Below, one piece after another: positions 13,601 through 26,300 of a stretch of DNA of 64,000 nucleotides. The notes under the pieces are model-generated. The model was not told where the DNA came from. It was given only the letters and a program-made list of their open reading frames with translations, and made no database searches. The stretch covers positions 5,766,001-5,830,000 of the forward strand of contig OZ116702.1 in the NCBI GenBank assembly GCA_964199315.1, in the 5' to 3' direction. The stretch comes from Orbicella franksi (lineage: Eukaryota). The position numbers were made by a program, and so were the translations under genes. Every line of letters starts with the position of its first letter. The stretch's first letter is position 1.

Positions 13601-16600
13601 GCAGGAGAGTGTTGTTGAAATAGAGTATCTTGAGAAACATCCCACACCACGACCAGATAACTGTCTTCTTCATGATGACTGGATCAGCTCCATAGCCGTG
13701 TGCAAGAAGTGGTATGTTAACACAACAAACAGTTAAATTTAATCAGTGGATTCAATCCAATTTGATTTTATTGTTTTCTATGGACTTGCTGGCTTGTTTC
13801 AATGCTTCAATGACAAGAACTTACATCTTAACGCTACTTTTTTCTGTATTCTCTCAATTTTCTCTTTTTCATGATTTACACCTAAGACCTTAACTCAGCC
13901 TTTAATAGTCTTGCCAGACACCAGTTTGCATATTTTTAAGGAATTATTATTTAAAACTATATGCATGCATTAAATATAAAATTTATGTGATAAAAATTAT
14001 AAATTGGACCATTTTTTTATTATGCTATTTTACCAGTATTCTGAGTGGCAGCTATGATGGAAATGCATACATGTGGGATTTTAATGGTACTTTAGATTGT
14101 TGCTTAAAGTTTAGAAAGTGTTGAAATGTGTTGTAAAATGTACTTTTTGGCACAATCACAGCTACAATCCCGGCCAAAAGTAGTTGGGACACTTGAGCTG
14201 TATCACGTATCCCCCTTCCCCCCTAATCAATGTTGGAAAATATCGCGTTTTCTCCAACAAAAAAGGGAAAAATCACCTGATTATCAACATTGAAAGTGGG
14301 GGGAGGGGAGAACTTGCTTCATGTCCCAAGTCTTTTGTCTGGGATTGTAGATCAATTTTTTCCTTGTTGTATTTCACGTAGTTGTTATAAGATAAGAAAC
14401 CTTGCCATTAATTTACTTAACTTGGAGTGGAGGAGAAATTTTATTCAGTGTAGTATTCAGCATTGCTTAACCTGGTTTACGGTAAAATTTATTTCAAAAT
14501 TATTTCCTCTCTAGGAGGACATTGGCATACAAAACAAACATCAGGACATCAATATATACAAGAGCAACTACTTACCTTAGAACTGTCCCTCTGATACTAA
14601 TACTTAATATATAATTATAATTTATATTATATTAACTGATAATATGATAATATAATATGATAATATAAGTAGTGTCTGGCCAGCATCCCGTGCTGACCCA
14701 TGAAATATTTAGTATTGGTAAATTATATGTAAATCCACCTGCCGTCACTAGCAATGGTTTAGACTTATCAAACTTCTGTTCAAGGATTTGTGCATTTCCA
14801 TTGACAGGTACATGTCATTTGACATTTGATGGACACACGGCACCTGTGAAGAGTGTGCAGTGGATAGATGTGGGTAAGTTGCACCAAAGCTAATAGAGTG
14901 GTTTTTAATTGAGTGTCGAAAGTAATCAGGCAGTTACTTTGATTTTGATTTTGGTTTTGGTTTTACTACAGTTTGAGATTGGCTGAGTAGTTTAATTGGT
15001 AAGTAACTGGTATGGTTCTGGTTTTATGACACTTAATTGAAAACCATTCTAAAAGCTTTTAATTAGTGCTCGCATAATTGAATTATAGACTCTCACTACA
15101 GCCTCACTATTTTCGTAGATAGTGCTGCAGGCAAAAACTGTTTTTATTCTGATCATGCAGTGGACAAAAACTGATCACAAGCAAAGAGAGCGATTAGAGA
15201 GCTTGTTCCGGCCCTCCCACCCACCCCCCCCCCCCCCGACCCCCTCTCCAGCTTGCCCAGCCCACACATACACCACAATTCATCTCTTGATACTTTGCTA
15301 TGGGCTTTGTTGCTATAATAAAGCCAGTGTTTTTTGGTCAGCACATTGGACACCTTTCTTTTTTAATTGCATTTTTTTTTTCTTGCAGATGATGATGTTG
15401 GTATGTTTTTAACCTCATCTCAAGACCAATCCATTCGACTGAGTGAGGTACCAGCACTTCTTTCTAAAAGTGGCGTTAAAAGTAACTTGACTGTACAAAG
15501 CATCTGGTGATTAGTGTTAACTTGTTCTTACAAATGGAATGTCACGGTACTATTTCACTGATTTTCTACAGATCGCACTCAGGCCACTGTTTTCTGTTCA
15601 AATAAAAACTTCCCTTATATATTTTTGCTACCACTTTCTTGGCCTGAAGAACTTATTTCTTTAGCACAATACCTCCATTCCAACAAGGCAACACCAGGGA
15701 ATAAATAAATAAGTGTCAAAAACGAAGTGTTTAGCACTGCTTTGCTAATTGTGGTTTGAAATAAGCTTACCAATATTTTAAATTGAACAGAAACTGTTAA
15801 AAATCCAGACCAATGGGAGGCTGACCAGTTGGCTATAATTTACAAAGAGTTGGGACCACAAAACACAAATCCTTCCAGTGCCAGGAAGGAGGATTTGAAC
15901 TTGGGACCTCTGCATCCTAACCACTAGGCCATGCCACCTCTCCCTAACCATGTGCAGCAATACGACCCCCCCCCCCCTTCCCCCTGAGCATAACCAAATA
16001 GAAAACCATTTGCAATCGTATCCTGTCACCTTATGACTATCTTTTCATTCAGTACGTTTTTCTCAGTTTCCAGGAAAAAGCCTAAGCCCCAAGGTTGGAA
16101 TTCATGATAATGACAGTGAGGAAAACAAGATTTTGTTTATTTTCTTTCCTTGTTTAGTGGTCACGTAATAAGGGGAAGGCAGAGTGTATCCACATCTGTA
16201 AAGGGCACACACAGAGTGTTGATACAGTGGCTGTGGATTCATCTAAGACAAAGGTAAGTTGTAGCAGTTTTCAATTGAGTACAGTGCACACCCACATATA
16301 AGAACAAGTAGATTGAGAACATCAGACTGAAAGTTGCCCAATATAGCACCATATGCTTAAGAACTAATTCAACCTAATAAATGAAACAAGTTTTTATAGT
16401 AAACAATTAGATTATGAGCTCGAGATTTCTATCGCGTGATATGCGCCCTCGTCAACTATCACGCATAGAAATCGAGAGCGAATAATCTAATTGTTTTAGT
16501 ATAAATCTGCTAGTCGTTCAAAACTTTATCTAAATCCTCTTCACAGACACTTCGAAAACGCCAAGAGGCGACGGTCATTTTTTTGACAAGGACACACTGC

Positions 16601-19600
16601 TGCGCTACTCACTATCTATCACAGAATAGATAGTGAGTGGCAAAGCAAATCAGAGAACGGCATTCGTGATAGAACACTAGTAGATTCATACTAAAAAAAG
16701 AAAAAGGATTCCAGAAGGTGAAAGCATTCATATTAAAGTATAACCTAACGGTATTATATGTAGTAATAGTATATTTATGTCATATTTTTTTATTTGCAAT
16801 TTATTTTTAGTGTATTTCTAAGTAATAAAACATTGTATGTTTAATTACACCTCTAGTAATGTATAAAGTATTGTATTTCTGAAACAAATTTTAAGAACAT
16901 TTTAAGAACCCCGACGTCATAGGTTCTTACGTGTGGGTGTTTACTGTAATATGTCGAGCCAAAACCAAAACCAAACTAATCACTTTGGCCAACCACAAAG
17001 AACACAGACAATCCAGTGAACTAATTAAAACTAGAGGCAAGCTCGTGTAGCTGACGCAAAGCGCGGGAAAACATGCACGAGCGTTACGATTGGTTTTGAT
17101 TTTACTTCTGATTGGATGGAAAAGAGGCGCGAGATTTGTCAGCCAATCGTCTAGCGTAGTGATGCAAAGGGAAAGTAAATGCGAAACACTATCGACATTT
17201 AAGTTAAAAGCGCTCGAGGTTATAAGCTTCATCCATGGCATGTTTTAGCCGTTTTTTCTCCATTGTAGCTGATCCTACCAGTAGCGTATTGAGGTTCTCA
17301 ATGGACGTGCTGTAATCTCAATGACAGGGTATCAGTTAAATTTCAGCCCATTTTTTGGTTATCAGTGTTTTGCAAATCTCAGATATCACTTACAAAACGC
17401 ATCATCTCTATCAGTTATCAGTTTAACACCTTATACATCAGCTATCCGTTGAACCTCCATCTAGACCCTCGGTATTGACTTTTTTTACTGTTTAGTTTTG
17501 CAGTGGTTCTTGGGATAAAACTTTAAAAGTATGGTCAGCTGGTAAGTTGCATTGCATTCTGCCGATTGTTTCTGATAACTCTAAACATTTACCCTTAACA
17601 GTTTGTCATCCTTCAGTTCCTTTCTGAGTGAAGTTATGTGTATAGTCGCTAGACTGCGTGGCAATCATTCCGTTGTAAGGGCGCACGAGCAAGTCTTGTC
17701 GCCCGGAAATTGTGGCGAAAGCAAAAAATCGTCCATTTTTCTTCGCTTTTGACCCAATTTTCGCGCGGTCAGAATGCGGAAAAAACTCGTCATCCGTACG
17801 GGACCGCTTGCTACGCAGGCTATATAGTCGTTAATACGAGAACTGTTATTGGCCTGTAGCCGTTTCTTAGAATTATTTCTTCTTATTAGACGAACCTGAT
17901 GTCAACGTTTAGTGGCGTGGCGTCGTCAAGCTGGTTGAAAATGATACTTGCTTTTCTCTCGAGAAAATTATTTCCGGCTTTCTCTTACTGTGTACATGTG
18001 TGATAAACGGCGTATGTTTAGTTGCAGACCCTTTGGCGTCCGATGAAGCTGACGACAATGAGAAAGTGAAGAAGAAGCAAAAGACCGACAAAAGAAAAGC
18101 AACTACACGGGTAACATTTTCCTGCTTAGGCTGCCGTTTCAGTTTTTGTTGTTTCTGTTGCTGTTGTTTAGGTCGGGAGGGGTGGGGGCGTTCGCCTCTT
18201 TTACGCACATGATAATAGACAGATTCGGCTAACGTGTTTGCGTCTTTGTGTCCACCCAATTCAGACCTTGTGATGATTTATTTGGGAGGTTACAATTGTG
18301 CAATTTGCCACCTGCAACTGATTGCAGGGGAGTATGTGCAAACAGAACATTTGTAACCTCCAAAATGAATCATCACGTGGTCTGAATTGGGTGGCAAAAG
18401 GGACGTAAACTGTTTTAGTCGAATCCGTCTCTTGGCTCTTTTACTAGGAACATTTTCCATCAAATGATGCTACAGAACAAGGCATTACTGCGTCTACTGA
18501 ACGATTAAGCCCATGGTGCATTTGCGTTACTTGTCACGTACGTTGATCATGTAATTCGTCACCAGACCCCACTCATGACGCTATCTGGTCACGCAGAAGC
18601 TGTCTCCAGTGTACTGTGGATGGATCAAAGCACGGTGTGCAGTGCAGGCTGGGATCACACCATTCGAATTTGGGACGTCCAGGCTGGAGTCAACAAACAG
18701 ACGCTGGTATGTGTCTGTGGTGACAGTTCTTGACTTTCTAAAGATCAAATTACATAAGACTGAGGATCTTAGTAATTAAGATTCCTGATTGGAAATGTGC
18801 GCCTTTATCCACACGCTCGCACACCTTAGCTTTAGACAAGTCACCTAAGCAATAGAGCACTTTTTCCGCGTTTACACAGCCTCATCTAAACATGGGGTGG
18901 GTTCGGAGAATTCGAGTATTATCCAAACCTCCCTGGTGTTTAGATTAGGCTATGTAAACACAGAAAAAGTACTCTATTGTTTTTATTAAAAATTTTCCCG
19001 AAAATACGCGCGAATCTAAACGTCACAACCGTATTTACATACTTTCATCTAAACACACTTATCATACCGATGAGAGCGCGCGAAGTATCTCAGTTATTTT
19101 ACAGAAAATGATACAAAACTCTACCAAACAATGATACTCCGTCTGTCAGCTGTGTAACAAGGCTTTGTATATCTAACTACGATTTCATTCTTCTTTCTAT
19201 TCAGAGTGGCTCCAAAGTATTTTGCGACGTCTCTTTCTCTCCTCACTCAAGACTTCTAGTTTCTGGCAGCGCTGACAGACATGTTAGATTGTGGGACCCC
19301 AGAACTACTGGTTAGTCAAGAGCAACAAGATAACTTATTGTTAACCTTTATACCATGCCATAGAAGATACAGCCAATCAGAATACAGGAAAGCCGTTGTG
19401 TATTTGAGGGTATTTCACCCAGCCTTCCCTTAGAACAGTTAAGTTAATCAAAGCCTTTTCAGAGTCAACGGGCTTAAGAACCCGAACCTACGTCCGGTTT
19501 CACTGGCTTGTAACTGACTAGGGGCATTGCTACTTTCCCCACTCCGGATATAATGCTAAATCTCAGTCCATTTCATACTGGAGCCAGCGTGGCCGAGTGG

Positions 19601-20655
19601 TTAGAGCGCCGGATTTGAAATCCGTAGGTCCCGGGTTCAAATTCCGTTCTAACCGTTAGCTGACCGTTAGCTGATCGTTCCAATTCCGTTCTGACCGTTC
19701 TGACCGTTAGCTGATGTTGTTCTTGGTAGCCCCGAGTTCAACTTCTCGGCTGCGCTTGTAAATAGCCAACTGGTCTGCCTCCCGCCAGTTGGGATTCTTA
19801 ACCTAGTTATGTTTATTTGAATACTTATTTATCATTGTTTGTTTACATTGGTCCTGAAAAGCCCCAATGGGGAGTGGCCAATTACGTATACATTTTTTTT
19901 TACTACACGTCATTACAATCCCATCCCAACACAAATAACGAACTAACCAACAATTTGCTGTCATCCATTCATACTCTTGGAAAGAAAACTGTCTTTTGTC
20001 CAAGAACATAACATAAGTGTCCTGTTTCTTTAACTAGACATAATTTTGTACCGCTAATTTCCATCTTTATTGTTTCAACACTAACATTCGTTCTTTCAGA
20101 CGGATCCATTGTAAAAACAACGCTGACGTCACATCAAGGCTGGGTGTCCTCAGTAGCATGGTCACCAAGCAGCGAGTTCGAACTGATTTCTGGGTCGTAC
20201 GACACGACAGTTAAACTCTGGGACACACGGAGGTAAGTACCACTTAGGGTTTGGTGGCCAAGATAGAAAGCTTGAAGAGTGGTAAGGGGCTAGGTGGAGC
20301 AGGGGGGAGACAACCGCGCTTTATTTTGGCTCTCTCAGGTCACCTCAAACTAAAGGATTCTATTATCTTTCATCAGCTTAAGTGCACCGCTGTTCACAAT
20401 GACCCAACACCAGGATAAAGTTATGTGCGTAAACTGGGCTCTACAAACTGTAAGTTGACGAGAGGTCTCCATTAATTCTCTTACTTATACTTCGATTAGT
20501 TTGCCTTCAGTTAATGTTAAGTACCATTATTTGTATTTTCACAGTCTATGCTTAGTGGCGGAGCTGATAACCAGTTGATAATTTATGATATCTCCGGCGG
20601 AGGCTGGAGAACAAGGGATAGTGATATGGAATACCATTCTGCGGATACCACGTGA
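10667..20655 (+). CDS. WDR12: Ribosome biogenesis protein WDR12/Ytm1 (NLE/UBL domain + WD40 repeats), 15 exons, 448 aa
   Basis: Exons 10667-10722, 11619-11710, 12831-12952, 13605-13711, 14037-14086, 14808-14873, 15389-15447, 16158-16253, 17496-17541, 18022-18110, 18566-18706, 19205-19310, 20100-20232, 20377-20449, 20545-20655. Total 1347 nt with an open frame. Motifs include [96 protein letters not shown] near 20833. Confidence 0.95.
14894..15051. mobile_element. MITE, TAGAG.GGTTTT.AATTGAGTGTC family
   Basis: Matching TIRs at both ends. A related copy lies at about 16937-17217. Confidence 0.7.
15790..15945 (-). mobile_element. Degenerate tRNA-derived SINE
   Basis: On the minus strand, gtggcatggcctagtggttagg..ggttcaa-like A/B boxes, followed by a body similar to the SINE at 19580. 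Confidence 0.65.
16392..16505. repeat. Palindromic dispersed repeat
   Basis: aaacaattagatta..ctcga.atttctat.gcgtgata / tatcacgcatagaaatcgagagcgaataatctaattgttt inverted arms. Confidence 0.75.
16937..17217. mobile_element. MITE related to 14894-15051
   Basis: ccaaaaccaaa and ccaatc/gattgg subrepeats, with a right end ..acactatcgacatttaagttaaaagcgctc. Confidence 0.6.
17650..17822. mobile_element. MITE, TAG...CTA family
   Basis: TAGACTGCGT / ACGCAGGCTA termini. The 9-bp flanks are tatagtcgc / tatagtcgt. Confidence 0.8.
18252..18394. mobile_element. Hairpin MITE in WDR12 intron 10
   Basis: ccacccaattcagacc.tgtgatgatt.at.tggaggttacaa is matched by an inverted arm ttgtaacctcca.aatgaatcatcacgtggtctgaattgggtgg. 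Confidence 0.8.
19580..19890 (+). mobile_element. tRNA-derived SINE with internal tandem amplification
   Basis: A box TGGCCGAGTGG, B box GGTTCAAATTCC, and the body ..gagttcaacttctcggc..ttgtaaatagccaactgg..ccagttgggatt shared with the copy at 42790. Confidence 0.8.
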
Positions 20656-20939
20656 CCAGAAATAACAAAGATTTTTTGTCCAATATGTCATTTACGATTT
20701 TCGCCTCAGAGTTTTCATAAAAATGTGAGTTTAGCAATTCTAAGTGGTCCGAATTTATTGGATGACTTCTTGATTTTTCGGCTCAGATATTTATTATTGT
20801 CAGATCATTTAAATACTTTTTTTATTTCTTTAATAAAGAAGACTCTTCAGCACCACTAATTGTAGTGTTGGGTTTAAGCTCAAGCACTGGACCCGACTTA
20901 TCCGCATGCACGCGGTAAATGCTGATTTCGGAAAGGGGT

Positions 20940-21115
20940 TAGCCTGTCCCAGCCTCTCAGTCAGTGGGGACGATCGAAAAACCGTACAGGCTACGAGCGG
21001 AGCCTGGGAGAGAAAATGATAGGGCGCCCTTCCCTTCTTCTCCCAAATCCCGCTCGTAGCCTGCACGCGTTTTCGATCTTCCCCGCTCCACTGACCGAGA
21101 GCCTGGGACAGGCTA
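20940..21115. mobile_element. Hairpin MITE, TAG...CTA family, downstream of WDR12
   Basis: TAGCCTGTCCCAG..CTCTC.GTCAGTGG / CCACTGACCGAGAGCCTGGGACAGGCTA termini. The flanks are gaaaggggt / gaggggggt. Confidence 0.8.
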
Positions 21116-21808
21116 GAGGGGGGTTAGAGTTCAGTACAGCTTGCCTTCTACTCGATCGACAAATACGGCGTTAAAAAAATGAATAGTTACAGTGTAACAA
21201 TTTTACAAGCCTTATGGTAATTCCGACAGGCAAGGGACTATTACTTTTCCCTAGGAATGTGCAGTTACCACCTTTGTGGAATCAGCTGTATGTACACACT
21301 TGTTCCACAAATGCGTTAAAGCGTACGCGACAATGCCGATTAGGATCATGGGTAGTAATAGTTTCTCGTTGCTGGGTTGAGGTTCACAGTGTTTCAGCAA
21401 GAAGGAAGGAAAGCATGAATACACGTGTTTGTGCTGCTGCCTTCCACTGAAGCACCTCGAACTTCAAAGCAACTGAAACCACGATTACCCATAATACCTT
21501 TTGACATTGTTGAGTACGTTTTTGTAGGACTACTGACCTGTCTCAAAAGAGCTGTATTTCTCCAACCGAGGCGAAAGTTGTTATGGCGGAAACGCTTTTC
21601 TCCGAATAAAGCACTATCCACTGGATATGGATTTTAATTAGTGGTCGCAAATTCGAAATCGCTGTCGTGTTCGGTTATAACGATTGGGTTAAAGCACCAA
21701 ATAATCTTCGAAGGGGTTACTTAATGAAACGTCAATCGGGATGAAGAGGAAGCTGTATTATTTAGACAGTTTTCGGTTTAGGAATGTACTCGAATGGGAA
21801 TGTACTCT

Positions 21809-22108
21809 TTAGCCCGCGTAGCAAGTGTTCCCGAAAGACGTTTTTTTCGCATTCGGGCCCAGGCTCGATTTCCGCCGCTCACTCGAGTCCAGTCCACATT
21901 CGTCCCCGAGAAGAAAGTCACGGCCTCCTTTCTTGAACAGCGGTTATTTTGCCCGCGCGCAAAATTATAGCCAGAGCAAATCAATCGACGAAGCAGGGAA
22001 TGGTGGGGCGAGTAGAGGAACGCTTTCCCGCACCACTCCCTACATCGTCGATCCTTTGCTCTCGGAGAAATGTGGAAAAGGGTATGCGTAATGGAATGCT
22101 TGCTAGGC
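21809..22108. mobile_element. MITE, TAG...CTA family
   Basis: TAGCCCGCGTAGCAAG / CTTGCTAGGCAGGCTA termini. The TSD is not recognisable. Confidence 0.6.
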
Positions 22109-22760
22109 AGGCTAAACCCAACCTTGAAACCTCTTTTCATAATTCAGCTTTGTTTTCTTCTTTTCGCTGTTAAAAACACAGAAACGTCATTTGTAAGCAC
22201 CATTTTGGAGTCTAGGGGCATAAATTGTGAACTTTGGCATAACTTTTGGCATAATTTGACAAAATTAGGAGAAAGGGACGAAAAGCCAAGCTACCCAGGG
22301 CCCCAGTGGTCCTAGGACTTAAAGAGAGAAAAGTTCTATAGCTTTGGCTTCAAGTTCTAAAGTTTATTACAAAATTTGCGGTCTGAGCGCTTACATTAAC
22401 TTTGTGATTAACCAATAAAAAGTAACTACAAAACAAAACACAAGTTAGGTGTTACCTAGCAACACAAACGGGCTAGGTTACAATTCTTTCCGATTCTCTG
22501 TTCTAAACTGAGAAAGAAATGAAATCTCGGCCAACTTCTACAAAACACTTCTATTCATCCCAGCCACTTAACCAACATTTCATAGATCTGAATGAATTTT
22601 GCATGCCGTTTTTCCACTTCTGTCAGTTTTGACAATCGTTCTATTCAAACCAGTCGCAGAGGTGTCAGAAGTAAGGTGACCTAGCCTTCACGAGTTCGCC
22701 TGTTTAACAACCAACCTGATTTCATTTTAACGCTTTCAAGCTATTTTTCTATCTGCAGGT

Positions 22761-23326
22761 TGGCCTTCTTCGCAGCCGTTATTAGTTCCGTCACACAACG
22801 CTTGTTCATTATCACGGTTGTTGCAGAGGCGGATCCAGGAGAGGGGTTGAGGGGATAGCGATGACGTCGAAAGTTATATAAGTGCACAACCCCGCCCCTC
22901 CCCCTCCCCCTCCCCTCCCCCTCTCCCCGCACCCGCTTTCAGAAATTCCTGCATCCGCCCGTGTTGTAGCCCGCGAACGCAGACGTATTTCCGGCTGTCG
23001 CTTGTCTCCGCCGAAAATAAAGTCTGCAAACCCGAGCCAGGAAACGATTTCTGTGACGTAGGAATTTTAAGCCAATCACAGTTTAGCTCAAGTAGCCCCA
23101 GAACTACTGCGCGAGGTGTTCGCTTCGAGGAGCACTCGAGTTTCATTCTATCATGGAATCTGATTGACCAAGGAGAAACAAAAGCCATTACGTCACAGAA
23201 ATAGTTTCCTGGTTCGGGTTCACAGACATTCTTTTCGGCGGAGACAACCGACAGCCGGAAATACGTCTGCGTTCGCAGGCTACCCGTGTTGTGTGTCAAC
23301 CCAAATAACGGCTGCGTAGTAGGCTA
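22761..23326. mobile_element. Nested MITE pair (outer 22761-23326, inner 22967-23282)
   Basis: The outer termini GCAGCCGTTATT / AATAACGGCTGC are related to the element at 663-757, with flanks tctgcaggt / tgtggaggt. The inner long hairpin has a perfect 9-bp TSD, cccgtgttg. Confidence 0.88.
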
Positions 23327-23339
23327 TGTGGAGGTGTAC

Positions 23340-26300
23340 TTAGTATATATTAGTATAACTGGAAATTCCGTGACGTTTGATAATAGCCTTGAAGGTACGG
23401 ATCTGCATTGGACTGAGCTCCACGTTCATATCAGTTGCGGCGCGATGCACCCTCTTCTTCTTCGTCTTGTTTTCTTCCACGTTCTTCTTCGATTTGATAT
23501 TCCAGTGAAGGGGCTTTTTATCCTTCAGTAGCTGATTGGCAGACAAGTTCATCTCAGTCATGGACTCGATGTCAAAGTCGGTGAAGAGTTCCGCGAGTGA
23601 GATGTTGACAGGCTGCGAGAGCTTGGGATCTTCACCAGCCTCGTATTGATGTTCCACGCGGACCAACGCGGTGTCCTGCATCGTCTCCAGAGTCAGCAAA
23701 TGAACATTGGCGGGAAGCTGGCGGGTCATACCGCTGTGTAACGAGTTAAACTGGCTCGTCCACTTCTTGAAAGTGAGGCTATTAGGCGCAAATGCCATGA
23801 CGGGTTCCAGAAGGAGCTTCTCGCCAAGTTCGCGATGCAGGGCACCAGATGACTTGGGTGGCGCTAGAGTAAGGCACAGCTTCCCGCGGACAATCAAACC
23901 TTTACCGAGGATCCCCGTCTCGTTGAGCGGCTCACCCACCCCTCTCTTGTCATCTACGAGAAGCCGCCTGTGCAACATGATCTCCATGGAGCCGTCTTTC
24001 ATGCTGGACCCTCCCAGGGACCTGTCAGTCAGGACTGTCAGCTGTTTAGCACTGTCCTTGATGTACATTCGACTATTGACTGGATAATAATTTCCAGCAA
24101 CTGGCTCGGTGATGTCGAGTTTCCAGGTCGGTCGGTAATTCCTCTTGCGCTGTTGCATCTCTCTGCCGTTAGCATCGGTGTAGTAGAGTTGGTCGGACTT
24201 GATATCTGTGTCAAATCGGGTGATCACTTCTTTGCCCCACCCATCCCCCACAGGTATCGGTCCCACAGTGTACTCAAACTCAGCATGCCGCTGACCAGCG
24301 TACAGCCTGATCACCTGGCTGATGTACGGAGAGATCACCTGACGTACCTCCTGTACCAGGGGACCCTTGAAGATCTCCATCTTGCTGCCACTGGAGATGA
24401 GATTCACGCGGCTACTGTTAGGTCTGAAGATGTACGCGCCCGACGGCTGATGGCTGCTGTCGTTTCCCATGCTGCCGTTGTACCAGTAAAATGCCTGGCT
24501 CAATGCGGTGATGACTTTGGAAGTCAAATCAGTCATGCTTGTCAGATGGCCCGTGTCCTGAGAGAACGTAAGTTTAACAAGCTCGTTTTCGATGGAGACT
24601 TCACCGGAGTCTGTGTAAGCGGGCTTGGGAGCGGGCCGAAAGAACTTCTTTAGTGCGGACGGTGACTTGGCCTTTGTCGAGTTCACGAAGTAGGTGGCAA
24701 ACCCTAGAGCAGGGACTTTGGCCATGAAAACAAGCTCAAAAGATGAATTGCTTTGTGTCTGGTTCTGATTTTTACGCAGCTGTTTCGTAGCATCGGAAAG
24801 CGGGAGCACTTGCGTTTCAACAGCAGTACCTTGTGGACCAAACACAGCCATTGAGGCCATCGCGACTGGCAGGCGGACATACGGGGTTAGGTCTCGGGCA
24901 AGGGGATTGTAGACAGTCACAGTAAAGGATTTGTTCTCTTCAGTCAGAGTACAGACACTTATGTTGAGGTGGTCGCAAAATGTCAGTTCAGGAGGCTTGG
25001 TTTCAGGGTTTTTGGCCGTTAATTTTCCGAGCACATCACCAATTAACACCTGAAAAAAAAAACTGTTTTGTTAGGCCACTCGCCCAGTTGTGCAGTATTA
25101 TAGTATTAGAACTTAACAGACCGGCAGGATTAGGAACATTAGTTTCTAAAGCAGCTTCACTGATTTCTCAGAGTGGAAGTGGAAAGCGAACTTTATCACC
25201 AATTTTGAGGTTGATAAAACTAATTAACAGGCAAATTTCTCTAACACTGAAACGCTTCATTGTCTGAAATCGCTGAGAGCTACTGTGTAACTTACTTTAA
25301 TCAACAATTTACGACAGTTTACGACTAACTATGAGTAAAAAAGAAAACACTCCAGCCAGTAGTAGCCTTTCACATTTCATTACCAAGCTTAAAATTCACC
25401 ATCTTTATTCCCTTATCCCTACATTTTTTAGTTCTCTTAATCTTTCAGAAGTTATTCTACATCTCAATAGAAACACAGTCAGAAAAAATGTTTTCTACTT
25501 CCTTTAGAAAACACTGAAAGAAAAATAAAGAAAACTTACTCATTTATTTCATTTATTAAAATCTAAATTCTCCTTGCTCAGACTATCATTAGCAATTTCT
25601 AATACAAGTTGATAGAATCGATGAGGTATTAAGATGATTTCTGCAGAACATTTGAGTAATAATTGCAAAAATTAAGTTACCAAGAAAACCTCATGGTATT
25701 GTAATATTTTGAATACAGTTAAGAACTTATCAAGACTTACTGAAGCCGACCCTGTGAGGGAAAACTGAACTTGTAGTTATCCATATTTCAATTAAAACAG
25801 ACGTTTTGCATTAGTTAAAAACACAATAACACGCGCTTTAAGCATTCTTACGAGGTTTAACATTAACTTTCTCGAGAATGCTTGAGAATTTAATCACGGG
25901 GTCACTTAGAGAAATGAACTAAAGTGAGTTGTTTTCAATAGGAATAGCAATCCAAAAGTTACCGTGTTTTGAGTGGATTTTTAGTAAATAATTTTTGCAC
26001 TTATTGCTCGAACTTTCAGCAGACCATCTTAACTTTTCAAGCTCTAATGCAAAACATACTATGATTATCAGTTGAGTAAGGCACAACAGAACACACTTAA
26101 ATTATGGTTTTGCCAGGGGCAACTTTCCTCATTCCAATGGTAACAATATTGTTACCTGCAATTTCCCATGCTTTGCTGCCAATGATGTCAAAGGTCAACA
26201 AATTGCCACTGGGAAACAAAGCAAGTTGCCATGACAACAACACAGGTTAACCATTAAAATCTGGTCACCAAACTCTTGTCACACCTTACTCAACTAATAA

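Noticed and set aside
17909-18259. Gln/Lys-rich minus-strand ORF
   Set aside because: It is antisense to WDR12 exon 10 plus a (ctgttg)n-like low-complexity intron stretch.
19580-19655. tRNA genes at 19580 and 42790
   Set aside because: A/B boxes are present but the acceptor stem is incomplete, and both run into a shared SINE body.
23707-24653. Plus-strand ORFs of 126 and 227 aa
   Set aside because: They are antisense shadows of GC-rich MAN2B1 exon 4. The same applies to the ORFs overlapping both exon-1 copies.
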